Assembly: GCA_965178125.1 (NCBI GenBank)
Contig: OZ237748.1
Location: 434,001 to 498,000, forward strand
Length of the DNA: 64,000 nucleotides
Source: Bilabrum cf. latius
Taxonomy: Eukaryota
Reading direction: 5' to 3'
Below, in pieces: positions 62,601 to 64,000 of the stretch. Numbering within the stretch: position 1 is the stretch's first letter; each line of letters opens with the position of its first letter. The notes below the pieces were generated by a model. That model was not told the origin of the DNA, did no database searches, and saw only the letters and a list, made by a program, of their open reading frames with translations. A program made the position numbers and the translations under genes.

Positions 62601-64000
62601 GCATTACATGAGCTCACGAGGCACTGAACGCCTGCCGGCGGTCGGCGGCAGCGATGCAATTTGCCATGAATAGCTCCATAGAGTCCATTGTGCCGGCGCG
62701 TCGTCGTCTCCCTGAAGCCTGGATCGCTCCCGCGGTCGGATTCAGCAGCGGCGGGGCGGAGGGAGGGCGAGCCGGCCGCTTGGAGCCCTCCCTCCCCGAT
62801 CAAAGCAGCAGCGCACGCGGGCAATCGAATCTATGTCTTACTTGATTTTGTTTTAAAGCGCTGTTGCATCTGCGATAGGAGCTGACTGGAGCGCGGACGC
62901 GTTGTGCCTCGAGGCTCGTGGCGTTGGAAGCTGCTGTTGGTCCGCTCACTCGACTCATCGATGCTATCACGCCTATCTCACCGTGGAATTGCGTGTTTGA
63001 TATTCAATCAAGTAAGATTCCGTTGCTCGTGGCATCGATGCTGCGGGGATTGAGCTTGCTGTTGGAGGTGACAGCATTTGCGCGCCACCTCAGTGCTTCT
63101 CCAGAGCCGGGCACGGCATGGGCAGCCGATCGGCCAGCAGAAATCATGATGTTATAATGCAAAGACAACAATCTATTGGCTTACCGGCGCATTCGAGGGG
63201 TGGAATGAATCGGATCGAGTGGAGCGCGAGAGGGATCGGATCAGTGCGCGGCAGGGAGGAGTTTATCCGGGCGCGCGAATCCCTAAGGGGTTTTGTTTCG
63301 TGGGAGAATCCAACAGGCACCAAGGGCAACCTTATTCCTTTATTGATGATCATACTAATTGGTCAGGGATAAGCGATCCCTTGCGTTTTAGTCGAGATAC
63401 TTTCCGAAACGCGGTAGCCGAACGGACAACTCGGGGTGGCAGGCACTTCCCGCCGCCGCTCGCGCCCCGCCAGATTGCGATGGCGGCGCGCGCGCCCATT
63501 GAATGTTATCTTGTAGAACTAAACTAAGTTCTCCGCTCGGTCCCTGAGCGGGCCCGGGCCCGCAAGCCCCCGATCCCGGATCCCGCCCCGACTCGTTCTA
63601 ATATTACTATTTATGTTAACAAGAGGGAAAGGACCTAAGCCCGCCCCCCATGGGTTCGGAGATGGGAGTGGGTGGCGGGCCGGGTAGCGGGAGTGGCGAG
63701 CTGCCGTCGCGTGCCGGGCGGTCGCAGCCTGCCGCCAGCGATGATGATGGTCGCAAGCAGGGGAGCGTCAGGCACAATGGGCGTGCCCGCCACGATGGAG
63801 GCAACGCAGAGTTAGGAGATGCAGGTGAGCCGTGAGATGCAACTGGCTGCCGCCGTGGTGCTTCGCGGTGCTGCTGCCGGGGTGCTGGAGGGCGGTAGCT
63901 CGCAGATGTCAGCATTACATGAGCTCACGAGGCACTGAACGCCTGCCGGCGGTCGGCGGCGGCGATGCAATTTGCCATGAATAGCTCCATAGAGTCCATT
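59683..64000. repeat. Near-perfect 1311-bp tandem array, 3.3 units visible, continuing beyond the window
   Basis: TTAACAAGAGGGAAAGG occurs at 59683, 60994, 62305 and 63616, with only a few substitutions between units. Confidence 0.97.

Noticed and set aside
1-64000. Ciliate-type code with both TAA and TAG as Gln
   Set aside because: No in-frame TAA in the coding frames read. TAA ends the YR (49905) and substitutes for TGA at the end of ankyrin copy E (36334).
59683-64000. rDNA, 5S or tRNA array
   Set aside because: No conserved rRNA segments or tRNA cloverleaf/T-loop motif recognised by eye; an Rfam scan is needed to exclude divergent RNAs.

Overview
Repeat-rich, intron-containing eukaryotic (probably protist) nuclear DNA. 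The six-frame ORF track is misleading because TAG behaves as a sense codon, best read as Gln, while TGA and TAA still terminate. The evidence comes from four unrelated proteins: RT 'GVL*GSPLSP', tyrosine recombinase 'KTN*', Helitron 'CHVNL*' and ankyrin 'DCL*LLIE'/'RG*TP'. Read with TAG=Gln, the window resolves into: (1) five tandem + strand copies of an ankyrin gene, each internal repeat a 99-nt phase-0 exon, with copy-specific exon duplications and variation focused on ligand-facing positions; (2) three members of one Ngaro-type tyrosine-recombinase retroelement family: a 185-bp remnant in an exon, a 10.4-kb copy filled with two satellites, and a 3.36-kb copy with RNase H + YR; (3) a CRE/R2-type non-LTR retrotransposon ORF of about 1456 aa beside a decayed PINK1-like kinase fragment; (4) a giant Helitron ORF of about 5000 codons (23-aa repeats, HUH Rep, PIF1 helicase, Ulp1-like protease) split in frame by the Ngaro copy; (5) a 1311-bp tandem array running off the right end. 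All domain calls are from motif recognition by eye; no database searches were run.
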